Below are positions 26,968-36,671 of a stretch of DNA of 64,000 nt, piece by piece (position 1 is the stretch's first letter; each line of letters opens with the position of its first letter). A program made the translations under genes and the position numbers. A model generated the notes under the pieces. It did not search any database. It was not told where the DNA came from and worked only from the letters and a program-made list of their open reading frames with translations. The stretch comes from Candidatus Latescibacterota bacterium (lineage in GTDB: Bacteria > Latescibacterota > UBA2968 > GCA-2709665): contig CAXXXF010000003.1 of the NCBI GenBank assembly GCA_963667175.2, positions 288,001 to 352,000 on the forward strand, written 5' to 3'.

Positions 26968-28857
26968 GTGGCATACGTCGACACGTTGTACGAAGAGTAC
27001 TATCTCGAATTCGCCTCCTATTCCATCAAGAACCGGGCAATTCCCAGTATTGACGACGGCTTCAAACCGGTCCAGCGGCGCATTCTGCATGCCCTCCATG
27101 AGATGGACGACGGCAAGTACCACAAGGTCGCCAACGTCGTGGGCCAGACCATGCGGTACCATCCCCACGGTGATCTCTCGATCTTCGGCGCCCTGGTGAA
27201 CCTGGCCAACAAGGAGCTGTTCATCGACAGGCAGGGCAACTTCGGCAACGTCTTCACCGGCGACGAGGCCTCCGCCGCCCGGTATATCGAATGCCGCCTC
27301 ACGCCGCTCGCACGCGAGGTTCTCTTCAACCCGGAGACAACCGAATTCGAGGATTCTTACGACGGCCGCAACCGGGAGCCGCTCGCTTTTCCCGCGAAGA
27401 TCCCCGTCCTGCTCGCCATAGGCTCGGAGGGCATCGCAGCCGGGATGACCACCCGGATTCTCCCGCACAACCTCGTCGAACTGCTCGAGGCGCAGATTGC
27501 CTGCCTTCAGGACAGACCCTTCCGGATTCACCCCGACTTTCTCACCGGCGGGCTGGCGGACGTCTCGCAATATGACGACGGCAACGGGAAGGTCCTGGCC
27601 CGCGCCAAACTGGACACCCGGGATCCGAAACGCATCGTCGTGCGGGAACTGCCCTACGGAACGACAACCGAAACCCTCATTGCCTCCATTGAAGACGCGG
27701 TCAAAAAAGGCAAACTGAAAATTTCCGGCATCAGCGACTATACGACCGATCAGGTGGAAATCGAGATTCAACTCGCCCGCGGCGTGCATACCAAAGATAC
27801 GATCCACGCACTGTACGCATTTACGGACTGTGAAACGTCGATCGCGGCGAATCTGCTGGTGATTCGGGACAACCGGCCGCAGATTACCACAGTGACCGAA
27901 GTGATCGAATACAACACGAGCCGCCTGGTCGACCTTCTCAAGGCCGAACTCAAACTCGAAGAACGCCGGCTTAAAGCGCGGCATCACGCAAAAACGCTCG
28001 AGCAGATCTTCATCGAAAACCGGATTTACAAGCGCATCGAAGACGAGACCACCGCCGAGGACGTCTACCGTGCCGTGTTCGACGGTCTGGAACCGTTCCG
28101 AGAGCACATCAGGGCGGAAGTATCGCGGGAGGACGTGGAGAACCTGCTCAAAATCCCGATCCGGCGGATCTCACTCTACGATATCAACAAGGCCCAGGAG
28201 GAGATGCAGGAAATCCGCGGACGCCTCAGGGAGGTCCGGGCGAACCTGCGCGGCATCCAGGCCTTCGCCATTGCGTTTCTCCAGGACGTCATCGAGAAAT
28301 ATCGCAACGATCACCCCCGAAGAACAGAGATTGCGAGCATCCAGAAAGTTGACGTCCGGGAGGCCGCGCAGCGCAATCTCAAGCTGCGCTACGACAAGAG
28401 CACCGGTTACCTTGGCCACGAGGTCAACGGCGCCGCCCTTTTCGACGTGTCCCCGTACGACCGTGTCCTGGTGATCCGAAAGTCCGGAACGTACTCCGTG
28501 GTGGACGCGCCCGAAAAGCTCTTCGTGGACAAAGGCATGCTTTTCTGCGGCTTCGTGGACGAAAGTCGCGTCTACAATATTCTCTACAAGGAAAACAGGA
28601 CCGGATATCTCTACGTCAAACGGTGCAAGATCGGCAAGTTCATCCTGAACCGGGGGTACGAACTGGCGCCCGAGGGTTGCCGGATCCTGAAACTCACGAC
28701 CAAAAGCGACCGTAAAATCCGGGTCCACTTCAAGCCCAAACCCCGCGTGAGGATCACCGAAGAGGATTTCGCAATAGGGGACTATCCCGTTCGCGGCAAC
28801 AAAGCCAGGGGCATTCGCCTGGCCGCCCGCGAAGTCCAATCCGTCAAGTTCATTTGA
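26968..28857 (+). CDS. parC: DNA topoisomerase IV subunit A
   Basis: GTG start after gaggg. RAIPSIDDGFKPVQRRIL, YHPHGD, QGNFG, catalytic AARYIECRL; short C-terminal domain. Confidence 0.88.
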   Translation: MAYVDTLYEEYYLEFASYSIKNRAIPSIDDGFKPVQRRILHALHEMDDGKYHKVANVVGQTMRYHPHGDLSIFGALVNLANKELFIDRQGNFGNVFTGDEASAARYIECRLTPLAREVLFNPETTEFEDSYDGRNREPLAFPAKIPVLLAIGSEGIAAGMTTRILPHNLVELLEAQIACLQDRPFRIHPDFLTGGLADVSQYDDGNGKVLARAKLDTRDPKRIVVRELPYGTTTETLIASIEDAVKKGKLKISGISDYTTDQVEIEIQLARGVHTKDTIHALYAFTDCETSIAANLLVIRDNRPQITTVTEVIEYNTSRLVDLLKAELKLEERRLKARHHAKTLEQIFIENRIYKRIEDETTAEDVYRAVFDGLEPFREHIRAEVSREDVENLLKIPIRRISLYDINKAQEEMQEIRGRLREVRANLRGIQAFAIAFLQDVIEKYRNDHPRRTEIASIQKVDVREAAQRNLKLRYDKSTGYLGHEVNGAALFDVSPYDRVLVIRKSGTYSVVDAPEKLFVDKGMLFCGFVDESRVYNILYKENRTGYLYVKRCKIGKFILNRGYELAPEGCRILKLTTKSDRKIRVHFKPKPRVRITEEDFAIGDYPVRGNKARGIRLAAREVQSVKFI

Positions 28858-28946
28858 TCCCGATCACGGGGTCAAATCGGGAAGTATCAAAGCGGCCGGA
28901 GGCGCATCCGTCAGCATCTTTCCGCGCCACGGAGAAAGAAGGCTGT

Positions 28947-29711
28947 ATGTCACCCAAGCCCCTTGCAGACCTTCTGGACCTGTCCGGACAGGTCGCAATC
29001 GTCACCGGCGCCAGCCGGGGCATCGGAAAGAGCATTGCCGAGGTCTTTCACCAGGCGGGCGCCGGGCTCATGCTGGTCGCGCGCAATGCCGGCCCTTTGC
29101 AGACGGTCGCCGATGCGCTATCCGGGCGGGGCGACGTGCTCGCGGCGCCGGCCGACGTTGCGGTCGAGGCGCAGGTCAACGCCTTCGTACAAAAGACTGT
29201 CGATGCCTTCGGGCGCGTTGATATCCTGGTCAATAACGCCGGCGTATCCAGCCCGGGGCCCTATACCGGCGTCGACCATGCCGAGTGGCAGCGGGTGATC
29301 GGCGCCAATCTCACCGGCGCGTACCTCTGCTGCCTGGCGGCGGCGCCCCACATGGAAGCACAGAAGAGCGGCCGGATCATCAACGTTTCCTCCATCAGCG
29401 GCCAGACCGGGGGCGTCGCGGGCGGGGTCCACTATGGAAGTTCGAAGGCCGGCATGCTGGGTATGACCAAAACCCTGTCGCGCGACCTGGCATCGAGCAA
29501 CGTCACCGTCAACGCCATTACCCCGGGGGTGATTGAAACCAGCATGCAAATCCCTCCCGAGACCCGCAGCCGAATCAACGAACTCATTCCGCTGGGGTAC
29601 GTCGGCCAACCCGAGGAAATTGCCTACGCCGCCCTCTTCCTGGCCTCGCGGATGGGCGCATACATCACCGGCGCCACGATCGACGTGAACGGCGGGATTT
29701 TGAAAAGATAA
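28947..29711 (+). CDS. SDR family oxidoreductase (FabG-like)
   Basis: TGASRGIG, NNAG, YGSSK, VNAITPG, ITGATIDVNGG. Confidence 0.9.
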   Translation: MSPKPLADLLDLSGQVAIVTGASRGIGKSIAEVFHQAGAGLMLVARNAGPLQTVADALSGRGDVLAAPADVAVEAQVNAFVQKTVDAFGRVDILVNNAGVSSPGPYTGVDHAEWQRVIGANLTGAYLCCLAAAPHMEAQKSGRIINVSSISGQTGGVAGGVHYGSSKAGMLGMTKTLSRDLASSNVTVNAITPGVIETSMQIPPETRSRINELIPLGYVGQPEEIAYAALFLASRMGAYITGATIDVNGGILKR

Positions 29712-29797
29712 AGGCAGCGGTCAGCGATCAGCATTCAGCTACAAACCAAAACCAATCCAGTTGACGGCAGCGCCGTGAAGTGGCAGGGCCAGAAGGA

Positions 29798-29865
29798 CGC
29801 AGACCTCTCCCCCCGGCCTGCCTGCCGGCAGGCAGGCCCCCTCTCCCGGAGGGAAAGGGGGAGGA
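29798..29865. repeat. C/G-rich REP-like repeat carrying the 24-bp perfect palindrome GGCCTGCCTGCCGGCAGGCAGGCC (29815-29838)
   Basis: Seen directly; inverted copy at ~39950-40012. Confidence 0.8.
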
Positions 29866-29883
29866 AGAACAAAGGAGAATGAT

Positions 29884-31074
29884 ATGACAGTTCGTAAGGA
29901 TGAATGGAAGCCAGGTCCTGAAACGATTGAATCGCTGTCCTCGCTGATCCGGTCGAAACCCGAGGAAGTGCGGTGGACCGAAATCGGATGGGAGATAGAT
30001 CTCTGGACGGCACGGCGTCGCGCGGCCGCGGTGAACAGACCGATGTTCATCTGGGCGATGAACGGCAACCCGCTCGGCTGCGTCTGAAACAACGGCATCG
30101 CGGGCCGTGAGTCCGTTTTCTCCCATCCCGACATCATCCGGATCCTCAACGATTCGTATGTTTCCGTCGCGGACAACTGCAGCTATACCCAGACGCAGAA
30201 AGACGCCAAGGGCGAATTTTTCCGCCTCGTGGCGGAACAGGGTCATTACGGCGGGCGCACCGAACCCACGGCCACCCGCCAGGGCCTGTACGCGTGTACC
30301 TCGGACGGCGAGTTGCTGGGGTCCATCAACACGCGGGATGCCGCCCCCCTCCTGGAACTGCTCGAGCAGAGCCTGGAGAGGTGGCGCAAGCGCCCGGCCT
30401 GGGGCGCGTCCGACGATATTCCCGAATCCTATCCCATCGATCCCGGACTCGGATGGTCCTATCCGGACAACGGCCTGGCGCTCAAAGTCACGGTCCGGGA
30501 CCTCCCGCGGAATTCCGATGGTCTGGACGCGCGGCACAACATCGACTTCGCATGGTTTACGGAAGAAGAGGTTCGGGCTCTGGTACCCGGGAACGCCCGG
30601 CCCGGGCAGACCTGGCGCGCGCCGGATTTCTTCACCAAACGCCTCGCCCTGCGCCATTTCATCGACACGGTCCGCGGCCAATCGCCGGGATGGCGGGAAG
30701 CCAACCTGAAGGTAGGAGAGTTCCGGATGACCGTCGAGTCCGCCGAAGCCGGCCTCATCCGGCTCCGCATGGAAGGACGCATCCACCTCGAAGCCGAACC
30801 CACGTATGAAACCAATCCCTTCAGCAAGCTTACGGTGGACAAGCCACGGGGTCTGAACCTGACCCTCTACGGCATTCTCGCGTTCGATTCCCGGCGGCGG
30901 ACGGTCGAATCCTTCGACGCCGTCGCGACGGGCGACCGCTGGGGATATACCACCTACAACGTGCGCTTCGACGATCCCGGCCCCGCGCCCATCGGTTTCG
31001 CCTTCGAGCGCGCGTCGGACGATCCCATCGAACGCACCCCTCCCGCCTCCATCGGGCGGAATTACTTCGCCTGA
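29884..31074 (+). CDS. Putative selenoprotein (396 aa), thioredoxin-like/SelN-like N-terminal domain with C-V-U motif; UGA at 30085-30087 read as Sec
   Basis: aaggag RBS. ORFs 29884..30087 and 30229..31074 share a frame with only one TGA between them: ...WAMNGNPLGCV-U-NNGIAGRESVFSHPDIIRILNDSYVSV... Hairpin right after the TGA. Confidence 0.75.
30091..30117 (+). promoter_or_regulatory. Candidate bacterial SECIS element
   Basis: AACGG-CA-TCGCG-[GGC]-CGTGA-GT-CCGTT stem-loop; G-starting apical loop at +16 after the UGA. Confidence 0.55.
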
Positions 31075-31105
31075 CGCGTCATCCTCAAAACACGTACAGC
31101 AAAAC

Positions 31106-31148
31106 ACGCCCCCGCAACGGATTGTCGACACGTTGCGGGGGCGTTTGT
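31106..31148 (+). terminator. Probable intrinsic terminator
   Basis: acgcccccgcaacg...cgttgcgggggcgt stem followed by ttgt. Confidence 0.6.
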
Positions 31149-31485
31149 GAAGGTGGGGCCTGCCTGCGCCAAGCGGAGCGCGGCAGGCGTGCAAACGGAC
31201 CGGCCGCTTCCTTCGTTGCGGCTCACAAATAAAACACCTTTACAGGCCATGTTGTCACAGCATCGTCACGCATAGACGTGTATATTTGACTCGACGTATT
31301 TGAGCGAAATTGGTCGGAAATATCCGCAAGAACGCAGACGTCGGGAGGAGATGATTCTTCGGCTCACCGGACGTGGACGGAAGAACACTGCAATTCAATG
31401 GAAGGAATATCTGTTTTCATCCGGCTTAGCTATGCTTTGGACCGTGTATTTCTGACGAATTGAGGCGAAAACGGAGGAGAAAAAT

Positions 31486-32223
31486 ATGTCTGTCAAGAGA
31501 TTGATAATAATAACGCGACCGCTTGTGACAATTGCCACGATATTATTTTATCTTGCGATTAGAAGTAGCTTGAGTTGGACTGAAGTAGGAATAATCGTGA
31601 TCGGCGCAATTATCCTCATACCTCTAAATTACCTAACATATTCAGGACGTACAGTTGCCGCAGGTGGGACTGGTTCTGAAGGGAGACTCGTTTCTGAAAA
31701 GAGAGTCGCCACAGTGCCTGTGGGTTCAATCACGATGCTTTTTGTGCTTGCATTTGGTGGCTGGTTAGATCACTTTCGAGGTATTATCTTAGGTTTTATA
31801 GTCGGGCTTATTATTGCACGGATTTTCGCCGGAATGTGTTTTCGCAGTTTGAAGAAAGATCAGGCTGTTCTACTTGATTTTATACGTACGAAAACAAACG
31901 TAGACGAGGCAGATATAACGGCCAATTCATATCTCGGTTGGAGCGGGAGAATATACCTCAGGGTCACGCTTTTAAATCAAACCTTGCGTACTTATCACCA
32001 GCGCGGAGAGGGCAGATATCAGCGATTGGAGGATGTTTATAAAGAGGACACGGTGCACGATATAAGATTACAAGGAGAAACCTTGCGGGGAGATGCACAT
32101 AGTAGGAGTAGTGTTGACAGTGAGGGTCCCGGCCCCGGTAGCGCCTACGAATATACCTACATCCCAGATGAAGATGGATGGCATAGTGCACGGAAAGTAT
32201 CCATAGACGCAAGTTCCGGTTAG
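31486..32223 (+). CDS. Hypothetical membrane protein (about 4 TM helices), low GC
   Basis: ggagga RBS, hydrophobic N-terminal segments, AT-rich codon usage. Confidence 0.65.
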   Translation: MSVKRLIIITRPLVTIATILFYLAIRSSLSWTEVGIIVIGAIILIPLNYLTYSGRTVAAGGTGSEGRLVSEKRVATVPVGSITMLFVLAFGGWLDHFRGIILGFIVGLIIARIFAGMCFRSLKKDQAVLLDFIRTKTNVDEADITANSYLGWSGRIYLRVTLLNQTLRTYHQRGEGRYQRLEDVYKEDTVHDIRLQGETLRGDAHSRSSVDSEGPGPGSAYEYTYIPDEDGWHSARKVSIDASSG

Positions 32224-32379
32224 CCATCACGGACCGCTCAAATGGGGTACTACTCGGCGACTGCGGTCGGCTGACAACCCGCTGAGAATCTTCCATCAGA
32301 ACACGGATCGAAACCAACCGGCCCGCGGCCCTGCCATGCAGTGGCGAAATCCAGCCGGGAGAGTTCAGAGAGAGGCTTT

Positions 32380-32760
32380 GTTGACTTGAAAAAGCTCGTA
32401 ACCATCGGCGGCGGCAACACGCTCCTGATGAGGCAGCGCTGGCGAAGGCTCGGCGTCAACAAGATCCTGGAGGAAGCGTACGCGCGGCATCGTTCTGTCC
32501 GTCCGTCCGGAGCGCGGGCTTCATCTGTTGGTACACCTGGGGCCACAGCGACTCCATGTCCTTCTCCGGCCCCGACGAATGGAGCCGCGTCGAGGTGCGA
32601 GGCACGGGCCTCGACGACGCCTCGGGCTGTCCCCACTACGAAAGCGCGACCGCCGGTATCGAGCGCCGGGACGACTTCCAGCGCATGACGCGCAAGCACT
32701 CCGGCATAGGCATCGCCATCGACGACTTCTGCGCCCTCGAAATCGTCGACGACACTTGCC
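32380..32760 (+). pseudogene. Peptidase E (S51 family) pseudogene
   Basis: GGGNTLLMRQRWRRLGVNKILEEAY in one frame; SAGFICWYTWGHSDSMSF...CPHY...IGIAIDDFCALEIVDD in another. Frameshift(s) near 32485-32510; N-terminus missing. Confidence 0.75.
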
Positions 32761-33084
32761 GACCTTCGTACTGGCGGTTGCCGTCGTGGTTCTATCCCTC
32801 AGGCAGTGATTCAATCCTGAGCTATCATCGTAACAAGAGACATTGGCGACGCCGAAAGCCGTGGGTATACCTCAAAACGGTCTTCCCCGGGCAGGAGTTC
32901 GTGTTCGACGCCGACGGGCTCCCGGAAGCCAGCGTCTGGTTGTGCGAGGTTCAGGTGATCGCAGGAAAGATGGGCGAATCCGCCAACCCTGGACGCTCCG
33001 CGGTATCCGGCAATAGGTCTGCTGCTGTGGCTCTGATTCCTGGGCGTCGGAAAACAAACTTTCCTGCGAACAGTTATCATGTCT

Positions 33085-33280
33085 AGAATTGTGAAACCGC
33101 GCTAAAGCACCTTCCTGGTACTCTTTTCCATCTCCACACAGATCCACCGACGTTCCAGTTTTTCGCGTACTTCGCCCGTCACGCAACTACCGGCGAATGG
33201 GTCAACAACAACGTCTCCCTTGCCCGTCAGCATCCAGACAAAAAACCCGGGTAACCCAGCTGGGAAACGGGGCGACAACT
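33085..33280 (-). pseudogene. C-terminal remnant of an N4/N6 (beta-class, M.PvuII-like) DNA methyltransferase
   Basis: [32 protein letters not shown]...RWICVE, then a frameshift into [11 protein letters not shown]. No catalytic SPPY/DPPY part. Confidence 0.7.
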
Positions 33281-33348
33281 CGCCCGCATCCAGCGTCGGG
33301 CGGATTTGCCTTCCTCCCATGAAGGGGGCAGGTCGAGTCGCGACGTCC

Positions 33349-33377
33349 TTGACACCGGGCGTTGTGTGTGACAAAAT
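33349..33377 (+). promoter_or_regulatory. Putative sigma70 promoter
   Basis: TTGACA-N17-CAAAAT upstream of 33430. Confidence 0.4.
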
Positions 33378-33429
33378 GCCCGAACTTTTGCGGTACAATC
33401 GACGCCGTCGCCAATCAAGGAGATGATCC

Positions 33430-34410
33430 GTGAACGTCCCACCGAGAGACGGGTTTCGTGTCCCCGTGGAAGACCTGCGCCGCCTCGTACGCGCGATCTA
33501 CGAGGCCGTTCCTCTGCCCCCCGAGCACGCCCGGCTGATCGCCGATCTGCTGATTGACACCGAACTGCGCGGCGTGGTCAGCCACGGCGTGGCGCAGGTG
33601 GAGCGGTACGTCCGCTCGTTTCAGGGTGGACGCGCCAATCCGGAACCTTCCATCCGGGTCCTCCACGAGGGTCCCGCCACCGCCGCGCTCAGCGGGGACG
33701 GCGGCCTGGGGATGATCGTCGCCGCGCGCGCGATGCGGATGGCCATCGCAAAGGCCGGGGAACTCGGGGTGGGTGTGGTCACGACGGTCTATCACGACCA
33801 TCTGGGTAGCTCAGGGAAGTACGTGCGGATGGCCCTGAAGGAAGGCCTCATCGGCATCAGCCTCTCCGGCCGGAACGCCGCCCCGTCGTACGACCGCGCC
33901 AACGGCATCCGCGGCTCGATCCAGGGCAGCCCGCCGCTGGCCTTCGGGATGCCGGGAGGCGACGGTCAACCGGAGTTTCTGCTCGACTATGCCAGCCATT
34001 TCGTGGCGGCCGACGAGGAGGTCCGCAAGAATCCCGCGGTTTTCGTGAAAGCCATCGGCATGTCCCACGTGGCCAATATCCTTTCGGGGACCCTGGGTGG
34101 GCAGATGCTCCCCGAATTCGACCGGCGGAACGTGAAGTTCCAGGGCGCGGACCAGTCCGGATTTCACATGGCGCTGGACGCGGGCCGCTTCACCTCTCCC
34201 GACGCCTTCAAGGCGGATATGGACTATCTGATGGACGAGACCGCGAAGATGCAGCCGCTGCCCGGCCTTTCGGATGCCGGTCTGCCGGGGCACAGGGCCT
34301 GGCTGAAAGAGGCCGACTATCGCGAGAACGGCATTCCCATCAGCGCGGAGGCGGCATCGTCGCTCGGGGGTCTGGCGCGCGAGTTTTCACTGCCAATCCC
34401 CTGGACGTAG
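33430..34410 (+). CDS. Ldh_2 family (type 2 malate/L-lactate/sulfolactate dehydrogenase-like) oxidoreductase
   Basis: aaggag RBS + [28 protein letters not shown]. Confidence 0.85.
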   Translation: MNVPPRDGFRVPVEDLRRLVRAIYEAVPLPPEHARLIADLLIDTELRGVVSHGVAQVERYVRSFQGGRANPEPSIRVLHEGPATAALSGDGGLGMIVAARAMRMAIAKAGELGVGVVTTVYHDHLGSSGKYVRMALKEGLIGISLSGRNAAPSYDRANGIRGSIQGSPPLAFGMPGGDGQPEFLLDYASHFVAADEEVRKNPAVFVKAIGMSHVANILSGTLGGQMLPEFDRRNVKFQGADQSGFHMALDAGRFTSPDAFKADMDYLMDETAKMQPLPGLSDAGLPGHRAWLKEADYRENGIPISAEAASSLGGLAREFSLPIPWT

Positions 34411-34451
34411 CACGCGGGCCGGCCGTTCAATTGGAAATCCGGCATCCTCTT

Positions 34452-35573
34452 TTACCGGAACCAGTCATAGTTCAGGCCGAGCGACCGGTCCTCGAGAGGA
34501 AGCTCAACGCGGTCTCCGCCGCGCGCCGAAGACAGCTTCAGCGCGACCTCGACTTCCAGGGCGACCGCGATCCGCCGGCCCGAATTCTTCGGCTCGTCCA
34601 GACGGCCTTCCATGCAGTCGATCACGTCGTTGAGCGAGTAGACCGCGCCGTACGGAGATACAAACTGCGGTTCCGGCCACGGCATTTCGACCCGAATGCT
34701 GCCGGTCGTCTCCAGTTCCTGTCTCAGTCGCCACCGACGGTCCGGCCCGAACAGGATCTCCCCGGTACTTCCATCCAGGCGGACCGGCGGCGCTCCCGCC
34801 CGGAAATGCACCACCGTCCCGTCCGCCGCAACCGCGATTCCCTGACCCCTGAACTCGTCGCTTCCGCCGGGCCCGCTGAACTCGTCGGCGCCCTCACCCC
34901 TGCGGGGAAGGTCTCCTGTTCCCGAGACCCAGGCCGGCGCGCTGTTCAGAAAATACGACCAGTTCTGATGTTGGGCGAACGGCGCGGATGTCTCGATCGA
35001 CCGGATCTCCCCGATGGCCCCGCTCAGTACCAGTTCTTTGGCCTTCCCAAAGGAAGGGTGGGTCGTCGTGATCGCGCCGCAATTGAGGGGGACGCCCGCG
35101 TCGGCGCAGTCCGAGACCATGCGGTCCGCTTCCTCAAGCGTGTGACACATCGGCTTGTCGGTAACAATGCCCCGGGCGCCGCATTGCACCGCGAGACATG
35201 CCAGGTCGGCGCGGCCCTTCGTATTCGTGGCGATGGCCACGATATCCAGGCGCTCGTCGCGCAGCATTTCTCCGGCGTCGGTGTAGGTCGCTTCGATGCC
35301 GTAGCGTTCACGGAACGCCGCGAGCCGTTTCGGGTCACGGTCGGCCGCCGCCACCAGGTCAACCTCAGGCCGGTTGTGCAGCGCTTCCGCATACGAGGTC
35401 GGATTCCCTTCGTTTCCCGGGTGATCATGGTGGTAGAACCGGCGATGCACGTCCAGTTCGGGCGTCGGCCGGTCCACGTCGTCCACTTCGAAGAGGTCCG
35501 GGATGCGCTCCGCCAGATCGTAGAGCATGCCCATCCAGCCCAGACCGATCACGCCTGCGCGGTATTTCGCCAT
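34452..35573 (-). CDS. Gfo/Idh/MocA family oxidoreductase
   Basis: aggag RBS. GVIGLGWMG, DIVAIAT, DKPM, GAIGEI. Confidence 0.88.
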   Translation of the reverse strand: MAKYRAGVIGLGWMGMLYDLAERIPDLFEVDDVDRPTPELDVHRRFYHHDHPGNEGNPTSYAEALHNRPEVDLVAAADRDPKRLAAFRERYGIEATYTDAGEMLRDERLDIVAIATNTKGRADLACLAVQCGARGIVTDKPMCHTLEEADRMVSDCADAGVPLNCGAITTTHPSFGKAKELVLSGAIGEIRSIETSAPFAQHQNWSYFLNSAPAWVSGTGDLPRRGEGADEFSGPGGSDEFRGQGIAVAADGTVVHFRAGAPPVRLDGSTGEILFGPDRRWRLRQELETTGSIRVEMPWPEPQFVSPYGAVYSLNDVIDCMEGRLDEPKNSGRRIAVALEVEVALKLSSARGGDRVELPLEDRSLGLNYDWFR

Positions 35574-35870
35574 AGTCGACTCCTATCGTTGTGATACAAA
35601 AGCAAGTTATCAGCTATCAGCGGTCAGCCCTCAGCTTGAGGCAAAACCGAACACCAACTCACACAAAGGCACGAAGGAAAAGCAGTGAACAGCTAACGTC
35701 TCCCCTCTTTCAGGCCGTTCACGTCATAAGATACTGGTATTCATGCCGCGATTCCGGTATGGTATGTGTCCCTGTTCCGCCGATAACAGACGTCACCTCG
35801 CGCCTGTTCGACCACGATCCGAATCCGCGGGATCCGGAAACCATCAATCCTCACGTCAGGAGTCACGCCC

Positions 35871-36647
35871 ATGAGAAGCAGCAAGTTGCTCGCGAAACTG
35901 CGCGATGACAGGCCGGCCCGGATCTGCGGGCTGGGCCACTTCATACCGGCCTACGTCCGGATGGCCGCGACCGCCGGTTACGACTGTATCTGGCTGGACG
36001 GGGAGCACCGCTGCTTCACGGACCGGGAAATCCAGTCGATGCTCGCCTACTTCCACCTGTACGATATCGACTGCCTGTTTCGCCCCCCGACGACGGAGAG
36101 GACGAGGCTGTATCGGTATCTGGAGGACGGCGCCTCCGGCCTGATGATCCCCCACGTCTCCACGGCGGAGAAGGCCCGGATGCTGGTCGACGCCGTCAAG
36201 TTTCCGCCCATCGGCGACCGCGGTCAGGACGCGGCCGGGCTGGACAGCGACTTCTTTCTGGCCGACGCCGAATCCTACGTTGAGGATGCCAACCGCGAGA
36301 CCTTCCTCGTCGTACAGATCGAAACGCCGCAGGCCCTCGAGAACCTCGACGCGATCGCATCCGTCGATGGCGTCGACGGGCTGTTCGTGGGCCCCGGCGA
36401 TCTCGGGTTGAGGATCGACCGGCTGAAGCCGGGCTACACGCTTGACGAAGCCATGCGCAAAGTCGCGAGCGTCGCGGGCGAACGGGGCGTCGCGTGGGGC
36501 TGTCCGGCGTCTTCCGGCGACCACGTCGAGGAGCTCCACGACATGGGCGCGCGGTTGATCGCCTACGGCAGCGAGTTCTTCGCGCTGATGCAGATGCTCG
36601 ACACGTGTTCGCGCGACCTCGATGCGGTCTACGGCGACCGGACCTGA
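35871..36647 (+). CDS. HpcH/HpaI aldolase family protein
   Basis: GYDCIWLDGEH, GLMIPHV, KFPPIGDRG, VQIET, DGLFVGPGDL. Confidence 0.9.
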   Translation: MRSSKLLAKLRDDRPARICGLGHFIPAYVRMAATAGYDCIWLDGEHRCFTDREIQSMLAYFHLYDIDCLFRPPTTERTRLYRYLEDGASGLMIPHVSTAEKARMLVDAVKFPPIGDRGQDAAGLDSDFFLADAESYVEDANRETFLVVQIETPQALENLDAIASVDGVDGLFVGPGDLGLRIDRLKPGYTLDEAMRKVASVAGERGVAWGCPASSGDHVEELHDMGARLIAYGSEFFALMQMLDTCSRDLDAVYGDRT

Positions 36648-36671
36648 TTGCCGTCCGTTTTTTCTTACCGC

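Noticed and set aside
32272-32382. Possible third degenerate MITE (caacccgctgagaatc...) at the point where the peptidase E gene is truncated
   Set aside because: Only weak similarity to the TIR, with no matching right end or target duplication.
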